NCBI GenBank assembly: GCA_964019335.1
Contig: OZ025649.1
Location: 124,001 to 188,000 of the forward strand
Reading direction: 5' to 3'
Origin: Diplonema japonicum
Taxonomy: Eukaryota; Protista; Euglenozoa: Diplonemea
Length of the DNA stretch: 64,000 nt
Shown here: in pieces, positions 40,541 through 52,091 of the stretch
Position numbering within the stretch: position 1 is the stretch's first letter
Layout of the letters: each line of letters starts with the position of its first letter
Position numbers and translations under genes: made by a program
Notes under the pieces: model-generated
What the model was told of the DNA's origin: nothing
The model's database searches: none
The model's input: only the letters and a program-made list of their open reading frames with translations

Positions 40541-43500
40541 ATGGGGATAGATGTCGGGCCCGCACCACCAAGGGACAACAAGGGGAAGGCAAAGAGGTAC
40601 GCGCGGCAGGCAAAGGTGAGTGATGAATACTCTGCTTTTAGAAACAAGCTACGCATAGAGCTTGAGACGAAGAAGTGGAAGATTAAAGCGCTGGAGAGGG
40701 AGGGAAGAGTATTTGGGGTAACTAGACAACGGCAGCAAGCAAAGGATTTGGGGCTGCAAGAAGGCAGCGAGAGGGTGTTGATTGCAGGCGATGAGGCATG
40801 GAACAGAGGGTATTTGAAGCGGGTGGTAGAGTACGAGTTCTATAGCATTGTGTGGATGTCTGGGCTTAACCTGAACGCCTTTGAAGCGTCTCAACGGATA
40901 GCATTGGAGAATGCTGAGACTGCTTCCAGGGGCGAAGCGATCCACCTCCGAATGACTACCGGGGAGACTACCTCACGCAACCTTCTCGCTCTTCACGAGT
41001 TTCATTTGCGCGCAAACCTTTACCACGCATTCCCACAGAACCTCCTGCACTCTGCGTGCATCACTCTCCAAAGAGTGTTCCGCCAGCAGCTCGCACGACG
41101 AGACTACGCCGCCTTGCAACAGGCCCGCTCCGAAGCCGACCTATTCGACCTCGAGCAGCAGACCAGAACACGGGTAACCTCCTGCGGCATCGCCGAGCTA
41201 ACCTTTTACTACCACCTCCTCGAGGAATGCCTTGCAAGGTGTGGTATCGTGTCTGAAGAAGCTACTATTCTAGCAGCGTACTCCGCTGCCAAGCAGGACG
41301 GCATCATGCGGCAATTCGAAGCCTTTGAAACCGCCGAGAGGGCCTTCGTCGTGCAAGCTGAACACGATGCTTGCCGACAATTATTAGAAACAATAGAGCG
41401 GGGAGGGCGTGGGTCCGTGTGGATTGCATTCTACTTTTCGCTGCGGGACATTACCCAGATGCACGTCTATGCTAAATGGTGCACAGCGCGGATGGGCACC
41501 ACACACTCTACTGCTATTAGGATACAACGCTGGTACAAAGATATCAGAAGAGGGCAGCAGGGCTACACCCATTCCCTGCAACGTATTAGAAATGACCTCA
41601 GGCTGCTCCAGCCACTAGAACGTAGGCAAACACCTGTTGAGCCCAGTGCCCTTTTCAAACATGTTCACAAATCAGCCGAACCGGGAGACAAGCCTGACAC
41701 CAACACACTCTCAGAAAGTCGGGCCATCCAGAGTGAGATAACCACAGAAGAACAGCACCTCGTCATGGTGCAAGCCAGGTGTTTGCAAGTCTTTCAGCAA
41801 CAAGAGAAAGTCTCTAGGGCAGACATCGCAGAGGACGAGATCTTTATGCACAAGGAACTGCTACGGTCTGTTGCCTTCGTGAACTACGAGGTTTTGTACT
41901 TTGAAAGGAAGGTACTCGAAGCTGGTTGGGAAGCGAGTAGGCTCCATGTTGAAGATGAGCTGCAAGACTTTTACGCATCAATCTCCCACTACGCACACTC
42001 GCTGCTCTTTTCGGTAGCTGAGTACCTCGCACGAAACCTCATCATAGTTAAATGGAACACAAGACATTCCGCTTTAGTAGAGGAGGCCAGCACAACAGGC
42101 ACACACATTCTGCAGCATGTGGCAACCCTAATTATCACGAGAGCTTTCCGGAGACACGTTGCTAAAAGAAGCCTTACAAGCCGTGCACGGGAGAAGGAAG
42201 TTTACTTACAGCAGAAGCTTCTAGAAGAAGACCTGCTCAACACACAAGCCGATCAACAAGCTTTGCTTGCTGGGTACGAGCACGAAGGACGTCTTCGCTT
42301 GAGCATGGAACACGAAGACGGTCTGCAGCACATGTCCCACTTTTCCACATGGGAAATCGAGAAGATATTCATGAAATGGGCAGAGGAACGAAAGGTTTTG
42401 GCAGACTCTATTGCACGTGAAGAGGCAACAGTCAGGGAACACGTTGCGGATGCAGAGGTGGTAGCTCTTGCGCACACATTCACAGTGATGCAGCATGAAG
42501 ACCGCAAGATGTACATTCGAAAGGAAGCCATCGCACGAGGCATCGTTGCAGTGGAGGAGGACAGTGAATGGAGCTCTGTTGTCGATATGCCGTACAGGCT
42601 GGAGTCACCCGAAGCAATCCGTAGCTCTGAAAAGTTACAAAAATGGTGGAAGGACGTTCGCAAGGATCTTATAGGGCGGCACGCCACGCTCGTCTACCTG
42701 AAAAAGTACGCCAAACAGCACCGTAGGGAGGTGTACGAGGAGTCGCGGCAGCGCACGAAAGAGAAGAACTTCGAATTGAAGAAGAAGATCGAGAATGAAA
42801 TGCAACACCTGTTCAATCCCGCTGAGGCTCTTGTGAAGGCAGAGGACCTTGCAAGGCAGCACGTCGAAGACGACTCTGCATGGTGCTTCAGGAGATCTGT
42901 TGTGCACCTGCACACAATTCTAGACACTAACCTGCGGCCTGTCTACATGGGCATCGTTGCTGAGCACAACAGAACACGTGCAGATCTCGTTAAAGAAGAA
43001 CTACTGCAACATGACGCAACATTGATCGAAGCAGGACAGCACAGCGAGCAGGTGGTGAGGATGGTGTCTGCCATGTGTGTGCAGAGGGCCTGGAGGGGGT
43101 CCTGCGCACGTGGTGTGCTGACGAACTTGAAAAGGATTTACAAAGCAACGCAGGGTGTCAGAAATGCAGAATGCGAGGCACGCATGATAATTGAGAACAT
43201 AGTTTTCTACTTCTACTTCGCAGCAGAAGATGAGATGGGCTGCTCTGGTGAGGAGTTGAGAGAGCGTTTGGTGATAAACAATGCTGGGTTTGTGAGGCTT
43301 CTGACCTACATGTCTGTGCACGAGTACAAGAAAAGAGATTTCGTCGTTGATGAAGCGGAAGAGAGTTGGAGGGACATATGTAGGAAACATGCAGAAGGCT
43401 TGAGAAGCTTTGGCATTGCTTATGCCGTTGCAAGGCAGCGCGACGAAGTCCGCCAAGACGAAGTGGAAACTCGTGGGGAGCTGGAGAGTGACGAGATGCG

Positions 43501-44749
43501 CGAGAGGCGTGACTTGTACGACTGCATCATCCAAGAGCGTGGTGTGTCCCAACTCTCGAAACTGCAGGCCGTCATCAGAGGCTACTTGACGCGCTCCTTG
43601 CTGATGCCGAGGATCCGCTTGAGGCGTATGAAGAAGTGCGTCCTGAAGGAAACCCAGCAGAGGTACGCTGTGTACCACGAAGAGGGGTTCGTTTTCTTTT
43701 ATATCTCTCTCGCTTACTGCAGACAGCAAGCGGAGTTAGAATGGTGGGAAGGCCACAGAACTATCGATGATATTTATACCAGCGAAACATCAGCAAGGTT
43801 CGGTGGAGTAATTTCCGCCAAAAAAGAGTTGGAGAAAAAGCAAATTCGAGACCTGGTGACCGCCGAGAGGGAAGCGAGGGAGTGTGTTGTGGACACCGCG
43901 TGCAAGGGAGCGCTTCAGTGTTGGGACTGTTTGTGCGATGAACTTCGGGAAGCGGTCGACGGAGAGGAAGCAGAGTGGTTCTCGTTCTACGTGTATCAGT
44001 TGTGTCTGCACAATGAGAAGATTGCTGTGGAATTGGAAGAGACGGAAACACGCGAACACTATCTGAACTACAAAAGTCATTGCAGCTATGTTGAAGCACT
44101 GTCGGGGCTGGAGGCTGGGCTCAGAACGACTCTTGCTGCAAAACAAACCGAAGCATACAGGAACATCCAAGACGATATTGCTCATCAAAAAAGAGTGGTC
44201 CGGCTTCGCGGCCAGGCCCTGGCCGAGCTCACAACAGTATTCGACCGTGAAGAAGGGTCGGCTCGGATGGGCATCGCTGACCATGAACACTGTGGACTGG
44301 GCTTTATTTTAATAGATACCACCATTGATAGAGAAAGCGTGCACAGGGAGAGGATTTTATGTGAAGAAGCAGACATACGGCGCGACCCACACGAACTGTT
44401 AGCGATGACTGATAAAACTAAACAACTCGTAGTGAAAGAGAAACATGCCGCCGAACAGCGTGGCAGGGCAGTACTCATCTTCCAAAAGCGTTGGCGAGGA
44501 ATGCTTGCTAGGTGCCACATCATCGCACCGCTTCGCAGGACGCGGGCTGCTGAAAGAATCCAGTTCCACCTCAAAGGTTTCTTCGCAAGAACCCTTCGGT
44601 CACGCCTTCAATCAAAACGCGAAGACCGCCTTGCCGCAAGAGAACGGGAAGAGTCCACCGCATATCACGCCACATTGATCCAGTCCATCTGGCGGAGGTC
44701 GCAGTGCAGGAGACTTGTTGAGGCCATTTTTGAAGCAGAAATGATTTGA
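40541..44749 (+). CDS. Large helical protein with multiple IQ calmodulin-binding motifs
   Basis: IQ-like motifs LQRVFRQQLAR, IQRWYK, VQRAWRG, LQAVIRGYLTR, FQKRWRGMLAR and IQSIWRR. Confidence 0.75.
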   Translation: MGIDVGPAPPRDNKGKAKRYARQAKVSDEYSAFRNKLRIELETKKWKIKALEREGRVFGVTRQRQQAKDLGLQEGSERVLIAGDEAWNRGYLKRVVEYEFYSIVWMSGLNLNAFEASQRIALENAETASRGEAIHLRMTTGETTSRNLLALHEFHLRANLYHAFPQNLLHSACITLQRVFRQQLARRDYAALQQARSEADLFDLEQQTRTRVTSCGIAELTFYYHLLEECLARCGIVSEEATILAAYSAAKQDGIMRQFEAFETAERAFVVQAEHDACRQLLETIERGGRGSVWIAFYFSLRDITQMHVYAKWCTARMGTTHSTAIRIQRWYKDIRRGQQGYTHSLQRIRNDLRLLQPLERRQTPVEPSALFKHVHKSAEPGDKPDTNTLSESRAIQSEITTEEQHLVMVQARCLQVFQQQEKVSRADIAEDEIFMHKELLRSVAFVNYEVLYFERKVLEAGWEASRLHVEDELQDFYASISHYAHSLLFSVAEYLARNLIIVKWNTRHSALVEEASTTGTHILQHVATLIITRAFRRHVAKRSLTSRAREKEVYLQQKLLEEDLLNTQADQQALLAGYEHEGRLRLSMEHEDGLQHMSHFSTWEIEKIFMKWAEERKVLADSIAREEATVREHVADAEVVALAHTFTVMQHEDRKMYIRKEAIARGIVAVEEDSEWSSVVDMPYRLESPEAIRSSEKLQKWWKDVRKDLIGRHATLVYLKKYAKQHRREVYEESRQRTKEKNFELKKKIENEMQHLFNPAEALVKAEDLARQHVEDDSAWCFRRSVVHLHTILDTNLRPVYMGIVAEHNRTRADLVKEELLQHDATLIEAGQHSEQVVRMVSAMCVQRAWRGSCARGVLTNLKRIYKATQGVRNAECEARMIIENIVFYFYFAAEDEMGCSGEELRERLVINNAGFVRLLTYMSVHEYKKRDFVVDEAEESWRDICRKHAEGLRSFGIAYAVARQRDEVRQDEVETRGELESDEMRERRDLYDCIIQERGVSQLSKLQAVIRGYLTRSLLMPRIRLRRMKKCVLKETQQRYAVYHEEGFVFFYISLAYCRQQAELEWWEGHRTIDDIYTSETSARFGGVISAKKELEKKQIRDLVTAEREARECVVDTACKGALQCWDCLCDELREAVDGEEAEWFSFYVYQLCLHNEKIAVELEETETREHYLNYKSHCSYVEALSGLEAGLRTTLAAKQTEAYRNIQDDIAHQKRVVRLRGQALAELTTVFDREEGSARMGIADHEHCGLGFILIDTTIDRESVHRERILCEEADIRRDPHELLAMTDKTKQLVVKEKHAAEQRGRAVLIFQKRWRGMLARCHIIAPLRRTRAAERIQFHLKGFFARTLRSRLQSKREDRLAAREREESTAYHATLIQSIWRRSQCRRLVEAIFEAEMI

Positions 44750-44875
44750 CCCCCCCCTTTTTTTTGAGAAGATGTTTTACAACCTTCCATGTTTTCTCAG
44801 GTTCTTCGTTTAGTTCCATTGCAGCCGGAAACTTGTACGTGCATGCACCCACACACACACACACACAGGCTCCGC

Positions 44876-47800
44876 ATGGAGTACCGATATGAAGCACCCC
44901 CTTCTGATAGAAGGGTGGAAACGTTGGAGTCAGCGAACCGAATGCTCCAGCTGAGAGTAGATGACTGCTTGCAGCAAATCGCGAAGCTACAAACTAAAGT
45001 GGTGGAGTTTTCCATCCCAAGAGATGAGGGGAAAACGAAGCAGAACAGGGAAACGCTTTTGACGATGCAGTGGAAGGAGGTCGACAGGTTAGAAGCGGAG
45101 CTAGCTGATGCGAGGCTTGCAGGGGAAAGGGAGAAGATCGCCCGCAGCCATGCGGAGGCAGAACTGGTCCGCGTCAAAGCACTGGCTGCCAGGCAAGAAA
45201 CAGCTGACAATTCCACCGTCCTGAAAATGCGAGTTACCACACTTGAGGGGGAACGGTCTATTCTGCGTACGGAAGTGGCGTCACTCAAGGCACGCATAGA
45301 ATCCCTGCTGCAGCCCAGCCGCACCTCGCCCCCTCGCAAGCACCATTACACCCCGTCGGCAACCGTCAACGAACAGCTAAGGAAAATAGAAGCCAGCCAC
45401 AGGCTGCCTTCGTTTTCGGCGACACCCTACTCACACAGGGAGACGGGTGATGCGGAAGAACTCATAGATATCATCAAAGATGCATTTTTGAATGCAGACA
45501 AGAAGAACGGGATGGCAGTTGACCTGGCAATGGACAGGCTGAGGAGGACCGAGGGGAAGATCGCTGAGCTTACGAATGAGAACAAAAGATTACAAGGAAA
45601 ATTAGACAAGGCGGTGAGAAAGTTGGGAGGGTACAAGACAGAGAGGCTGCACAGTTCAGAGGCTGAAGGGAAGGCAGCTGCAGAAAGGGAATGTCAGCTG
45701 AAAGACATAGAGCTGGACAGGGTGAGGGCAGAGCTAGTGGAGCAAAGGGCGAGAGAGGGGAAGCTGCAGTCCGATGTGCATACATATAGGTCGAAGCTGG
45801 AAGAGCTTGAAGTAGAAACCATCTCGACGAAGTGCACAGTGGAGAGGGTGGAACTAGCTGAGGCACGATTGACCACCACAGAGGCCGCACTCGTGTCTCG
45901 TGAACGAGAACTCCTAACAACCAAGCAGAACATCACATCCATGAAAGAAGCCAATGCTCAGGCGCAGAAGCACGTCTCCGACCTTCTCTCCGTGAAGGAG
46001 CAGCTCCACACTGAAAACCTGAAGCTACAGACGGCACACGAAGCCACTAAGCAAGCACACCAGACAACAAAACAACAGCTCACCTCCTGTGAAGTATGCA
46101 TTTTGGGTGGGGCAAGACAAAGATGATGCATTGACAAAAGGCCTATAAGCCGCACAGAAGAGGTCAGCGGAGGATGGAAGACGAAACCGAAGCAACACCA
46201 AAGGCAATGGAGGCTTAGCTCTGTTTTTGTCTTTGGATGTTAGTTTCACCGCGTTTCTCCTTTACATCGGACGCCCCCTCTTCCGTGTAGCTATGATTCA
46301 AACAAAGCCACGAGAGGTAAAACATACTTGACTGATAGACACAAGATAATATTTTTTCCCCCCCTCACCCCTGTCCCACCTTAAACAATTTACAGTCGGA
46401 GCTAAGTGAGACGAAACTCAGGTTATCACAGTACCTGAGTGCGAATGAAGAGCTTGGCGTAGTGCAGCACAGTGCCGAAGGGTTGAAAGTGCATGTGGCA
46501 GAGCTTAAGGGGCAGGTCGAAGTGGTATGGTGGTGTGATGGGTGATGTTAAACAAACACAGCTGGAGACACAGTACGAGCACGCATCGGCAAAGGAGAAG
46601 GCGTGCCAGTCTCAAGTAGAGGCCATGCACACGGAGTTGACGGTGATGCGCGAGAGGCACGTAGAGGAAAGAAGAATTCTTGCTGACCAATTGCACCAGA
46701 AAGAAGCCGCCCTGAAGTGGGTAGAAGATGAGGGCGAGCACGAGAAGCGAGGCCTGAAGCGAAAGGTCGAGGATCTGCAGAACATTGTCGGCGCTCTGAA
46801 ACCAAAAGTAGAACAGCTCGAGCGGGAACGCGATGCCGCTTTGGAAGGGAAGCGGCACGAGGAGAAGGCGCACACAGAACTTGCCTTCGCACTGCGCTCA
46901 GCTGAGTCAAAGTTGGAACAGGTTAAACAAACGGCTATTGACACCAACCAAGCACACGACACACACATCAAGAAGCTGGAAGCAGAGCACGAGCGCGACA
47001 TCGTGCATCTGAAGCAAGAGACCCAAACCCTGAAGTTCGAGAATTCTAAAACAGCGAATGAGATCAAGGCTGCCGGTGACGCTACCACTGCCAAACTCGA
47101 GCGAGACCTAGAGCTCTCCGATCACGAGCTGGAGCATGTGCGGAAGTCGCTCGGTGACACGCTCACGCAACTCGAGACGCAGAACAGAAAGGTCGAGAGT
47201 CTTAAATTAGAACTCGAAAAAACATCTTCTAACCACCAACGAACCCTCGAACTGGAGGCCCTCACCAATAAGCAGGCGATAGAGAAACTGGACGGCAAGA
47301 TCGAGCAGGAAAGACTGCGCGCGTCGGAAGCCAACGACTTGAACGAAAGGCGGATAAAGCACCTTTTGGAAGAGAAAGAGTCTCTAAAGGTAGAGAACGC
47401 GAAGCTCACGGAACAGAACCGTTCGCAAGGCGAGAACATGGCACACCTGCGTGAGGAGGCGGCTAGGACACATTCGTCGATCACAGAACTGGAGCTCAAG
47501 ATGTCGTTTGAGAAGAGCCAGCGCATGCAAAGTGAAGGCGCTTCAACGAGGCAGCAAGAGGCTATCCAGGAGCTGAAGCAGCAGCTGGCAAAACGCGAAG
47601 TTGAGGCCACCGAGCTGCAAAGGGGACTTCAGCAGCAAACAGAAGCTGCTTCGCAGGCAAAGGCAAAGGTATGCAGCGTGATCGTAATATACATCTCACA
47701 CAGCGAACGGATCTTGAAGAACAGCTGCGTGACCTTGAGCTAAGGTCGCAGAAGGATCGAACAAGATCTGAAGTATGCGCACACGTAGACAAAAACCTTT

Positions 47801-49456
47801 TGCAGCTTTTGGACAAGCAGCGCTTCACAGAGCTAGAGGATGTGCAAGGCAAGAACAGGCTGTACGAGGTATGCACCGGTAACTGCAACACACGTCACTA
47901 GGAACAAATCACTTCTGTTCAGCAAAAGCTGCTTGACGTGAGCGAGCAATACAAAGTGCAGAAAAAGGAGCTGTCGTCAATGCTCGAAGAGCGCAGGCAC
48001 GAACACGACACGGTATCCAGACAATGACGGAATTCAAAGACACCTACTCACAACACAGATCATCGATCCTCTGAAGGAAACAGTTGAGAAGCAACGTTCT
48101 GATATCCGAACGCTGAAGGACCGCTGCACTATGCTCGAGGGACAAGTGTCCAGCCAGCAGAACCGTGCACAGGAAATGTACAAAGAGAGCACTGAGGTAA
48201 AGGTTGTGAGGGCGGGTTTGGAAGCGGAAAAGAACGAACAAGTGAAAAGGATAAAGGAACTGAAGGAGGCCCTTGAAGCATTGCGCAGCGAAGCCACAGC
48301 ACTGCAGCAGCAGCTTGTTGTGTGCGATAGGCAGAAGAAGGACCTCGAAGTAGAGCGAGACTCGTATATCGCGAAGCTGCAAGAATGCAGCAGCAAGGCT
48401 TACGACGAACAGCTCACGTTAAATGCAGCACTGCAAGAAGCCTGTAAGGAAAAAGCTGTTCTCGGGTCTAAGTGCGAAAGCATCGACGTTGAGAACAAGA
48501 GGATCTCAGCCGAGCTTGAGGAAGTGACGGCAAATCTGCACAAATCCGAGGCAACAGCGGTGAAAGCGGAAGGACTTGAGAGGGAACTAGAGGCAGTGAA
48601 GACCGACACAGTAAAGCAGCAGCGAGATCTCTACAACTCAATAGAGATTGAGAACACGAGGGCAGCAGAAAGGGTGGCAGATTTGGAGGAGCAGCTGATC
48701 AGCAAACAGAACGAGCTGGCACGTACCATTGACGTTATGAACACCACTACTGCTGATATGGACATAATGCGGCAGTCCCTGAGCGATGCTTCTGCCGAGG
48801 TGTCGGAACTCAAGGGCTCGAATGAAATGCTGAAAGCAACGTGTTTGCAGCACCAGCGGGAGAACGAATCCCTTCTCAATGAGCGTGAAGGGTTGCTGAA
48901 GGTCGGACAGGAAGCAGAGAGCCTCCGGACGGAGGTGCGAAAGGTAGAGCGCATGGAGATGGATGTGCAGCAGTCATTGGAGAGCGAGGAGGTGCTCAAG
49001 TCGAATATATTAGAACTGAACACTGTGATAAGCGAGGATAGGAAGAAGGTCGAGACGCTCCTGAAAGAAAGCAAGGAGAAGGACGAAGTGAAGATAGAAC
49101 TGGAGAAGAATCTCAGAGACACGCGAGTGCAATATGAGAAGGATCTACAAAAACTGAAATCGCAGCATGTAACCTCCGTGAGCCTGCTTGCTACGGTGTT
49201 GAGTAAATTGCATGACTTTGTTCAAGACGCACAAGGGTATCTTCGGTCTACCCCGCACCCGGACGACGCACTTCTGGCCACCGTTCCTGCCACTGCAGCC
49301 CAGTGGCGCAGCGATCCCACCGTGTGGAGCGCCGACACCGCTCAGATCCTTTTCACGAAGCTCATCGCCATCGTCATGCGATCCCTCGACACCCTCAAGC
49401 ATCTCCACGCCGCTAACGCCCGCTCTTCGCGTGGTTCCCCTGTCCCCGCATCTTAG
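44876..49456 (+). CDS. Long coiled-coil protein, 7 exons (may instead be two adjacent genes; see findings)
   Basis: Phase-0 introns 46094-46395, 46525-46561, 47669-47703, 47773-47805, 47869-47901 and 48013-48058 join heptad-rich ORFs in frame. Confidence 0.7.
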
Positions 49457-49680
49457 TTGTATCATCGAATAATAGATAGTAATACCCACCACTAGACAGT
49501 CGCTGTTTTTCTTAAAACCTGCGGGAACACATCCCAGTGTACCACCTCCGAGTATTGCAGAGGGACAATGAAATCAGAACCCCCCCCAACTCCAACATTT
49601 GTACCATGCTTTGACCCTCTGCAGTATTGTATTTTACTTCACCTCGTTTCACATTGCAACTCCTTCAGGCGGGGGACAAC

Positions 49681-51966
49681 ATGGTGGCTCCTCCTGCTGA
49701 AAAAGGCCGGAAGGCCTCATTTAGTCGAGGGAGCATCTCCATGCTTCCTGGGGGGAAGGCAGCAGGGAGGTTGATGAAGGCCCTCGGTGAGGCGAGGGGC
49801 ACGCAAGCTTTAGAAGCACACAAGGTGTGGATATGCACGGCTGATGGTGTGCCGATTTTACAGATTCCGAATGGGCCTATTGTTTCAATTGTGAGAAGTG
49901 ATACCCTTTGTATTCAGATGGGGCCAATCTTTACAGACTCTTTCGGCACAGAATGGCTGCCTGTTTCTTTGGTAGATGACACTGTCGGCTTTACGCCAAT
50001 AGCGCTCCGCAAGTTCATCGATGGAATCGAAGACGTGACCGAGTGCTGGGCAAACGTCACTACCCCCGGACTGAACAGGGCGTCGAAGATTCTCCCCCAT
50101 AACTTAACCGTCCCGTCTGGGCCCCTGCCATCCCAGGGGTTTATGCACGGCTTTCAGCTGCAAGCCGACTTAGAAGATAAGAAACTTGGCGTGAACCGGC
50201 GGGGAAGTATCGGGAGAATCAAATGGAACCTCGAGTGGCAGACCCTCATGGAGGAAGCCATTCCTTATGACGACATGGAGGCCCTGTCTTCTTGGAGGAA
50301 CAGGGTAGGGGGCTTTTACCTCTCCTTCACCACGGCCGCAGCCGCCGCTGTGCAGGCCATTGTCACAGAGCAGATCCAAGCTGAGCAGAGCGATGCCGAC
50401 GCTTCTGGTTCCACACCACCGCCGCAGAGGACCATCCACCCGTTAGGGGGCATAGGGGGCGAGCTGCTGTACCTTTCGAATGGCATGCTCTTCTCTGTCT
50501 GCTCTGAGAACGTGGGTCAGGGAAGGGTTTTCAAAACACCAACCGCGGCCCGTCGCTATGCCGGTCTTGAGGTCAGGCATGCGGCGTTGCTGCATAAGGT
50601 GAGGTCTGGTTTGCTGTCCGCCCCGTTGTGCTGCACTGTCACGTACATGGGACGCAGAGTGTTCTGCATTGCGTTGTTGCCCATCAGCCCTTCGAGTATG
50701 GTGTTGGGTAGCATCGACGGAGGGAAGACTTATGTCACAGAGTGCCGCACAGGGCCTCTTCCTGCTTCATATACTACGGCGATCACTGCTCTTGGTGAGA
50801 ATCTGGGGCTTGCCTCCCACTCGGTCAGTGCAACAGAGAGCAGTGTGCTACCTATTGACGTACAGGTGCACGCAGGGGGGGACGGGCGAGTGTATCTCAC
50901 GAATCTTGGCAGACTCATGCCTGCAGCTATACCCTTGTCTGGTGCAAGGAAGGCAGACCCGCAAAGATTGATGCACAAGGTTTTCAGACCTGAAGCGCTT
51001 GCGATGTTCCCAGATGCAGTGTCTGCGGACGCTTTCAGCTTATTAGAAAAGTTTGACAACGGGAAGGGTGGGCACGATGCGGCACGATGTACGCAGTACA
51101 CAAGAACACATCTCTGCGAGGCAGTCTCCAAAGTCTTGTCGGAGCTGTCCTTCCCGTGCGAGCTAGCTGTGCCGCAGATGACTTGTGTTGATTGCAGCTC
51201 TCCCGCAGGTCAGCCCGGCACACCTCGATTCTCGCAATGCCTAGCAGGCTGCTGCTGGATTTGCGTCGAATGCTACCTTCGGTACTGGGAAACTGACACA
51301 GAGCCCACCCCACACTGCTCTTCGCTCACACGCACTCTGACGGGCATGCCTATGAAGCCCTCTGTAACAGAGGTGCTCCACCACTACGGAGTGAACCTAC
51401 GGTACATGGGCATCATCTACTGTTCCTTAACAGGATATAGGGCTGCTGTTCAACAGTACTTAAAGGTGGAGATGCTGGGGAGGGGCTTTAAGGGACTGAT
51501 GTGGGGAAAGCTGGGGGCGGAGAGTACGCAGGGTGTGATGGGGCATCAGAATGTAGTAGCAAGCATGTTGAAGAAGCTGCTAGCCGGCGGTGGGCGGCCA
51601 TGCGAAGATCTGTGGAGGGAACTCGGGAAGGCCGTATCCGTGAAGTTCAGTCTGCACAACCCGTTCCCTACAGCTGATGTCGACCCCGTGCTGCTGGTGG
51701 AGAAGGTGGCGTCGCTGTGCGGACTGAGCATCACCAAGGAGGGGCTTGCTGCTCTCCTGAAGTCCGGAAAGCTCCCGTCACAGACCGTCACCTTCGCCCC
51801 TGTGGTGAAGGGTTTTGATATTGACAACCTTGCGCCTCTCCCTGTACATGACTCGTACTTCGACACCGACCCCTCTAGCGCCAGGCACTTCTGGACACGC
51901 CACCTAGCAACATCAAGTTTCAACGACCCGTTTCCCCCGCACCTGACGGGGCTTGTTGAAAGGTGA
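49681..51966 (+). CDS. Clu (clustered mitochondria) domain protein with Cys-rich insert
   Basis: WNLEWQTL, PLCCTVTYMGRRV, GDGRVYLTNLGRLMP, LHHYGVNLRYMG and VEMLGRGFK match Clu and Clu-central motifs. Confidence 0.8.
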   Translation: MVAPPAEKGRKASFSRGSISMLPGGKAAGRLMKALGEARGTQALEAHKVWICTADGVPILQIPNGPIVSIVRSDTLCIQMGPIFTDSFGTEWLPVSLVDDTVGFTPIALRKFIDGIEDVTECWANVTTPGLNRASKILPHNLTVPSGPLPSQGFMHGFQLQADLEDKKLGVNRRGSIGRIKWNLEWQTLMEEAIPYDDMEALSSWRNRVGGFYLSFTTAAAAAVQAIVTEQIQAEQSDADASGSTPPPQRTIHPLGGIGGELLYLSNGMLFSVCSENVGQGRVFKTPTAARRYAGLEVRHAALLHKVRSGLLSAPLCCTVTYMGRRVFCIALLPISPSSMVLGSIDGGKTYVTECRTGPLPASYTTAITALGENLGLASHSVSATESSVLPIDVQVHAGGDGRVYLTNLGRLMPAAIPLSGARKADPQRLMHKVFRPEALAMFPDAVSADAFSLLEKFDNGKGGHDAARCTQYTRTHLCEAVSKVLSELSFPCELAVPQMTCVDCSSPAGQPGTPRFSQCLAGCCWICVECYLRYWETDTEPTPHCSSLTRTLTGMPMKPSVTEVLHHYGVNLRYMGIIYCSLTGYRAAVQQYLKVEMLGRGFKGLMWGKLGAESTQGVMGHQNVVASMLKKLLAGGGRPCEDLWRELGKAVSVKFSLHNPFPTADVDPVLLVEKVASLCGLSITKEGLAALLKSGKLPSQTVTFAPVVKGFDIDNLAPLPVHDSYFDTDPSSARHFWTRHLATSSFNDPFPPHLTGLVER

Positions 51967-52091
51967 AAAACCAAAAGGAACATCGGTAGTTTCTTATTTA
52001 TTCTAAAAGCCTTTCCCCATACCCTGCTCAGTTTACTATTAAAAACCTCCTCTTTTTATGTTTTTTCCTGTTCTTGCCACGCTGCCCATAG

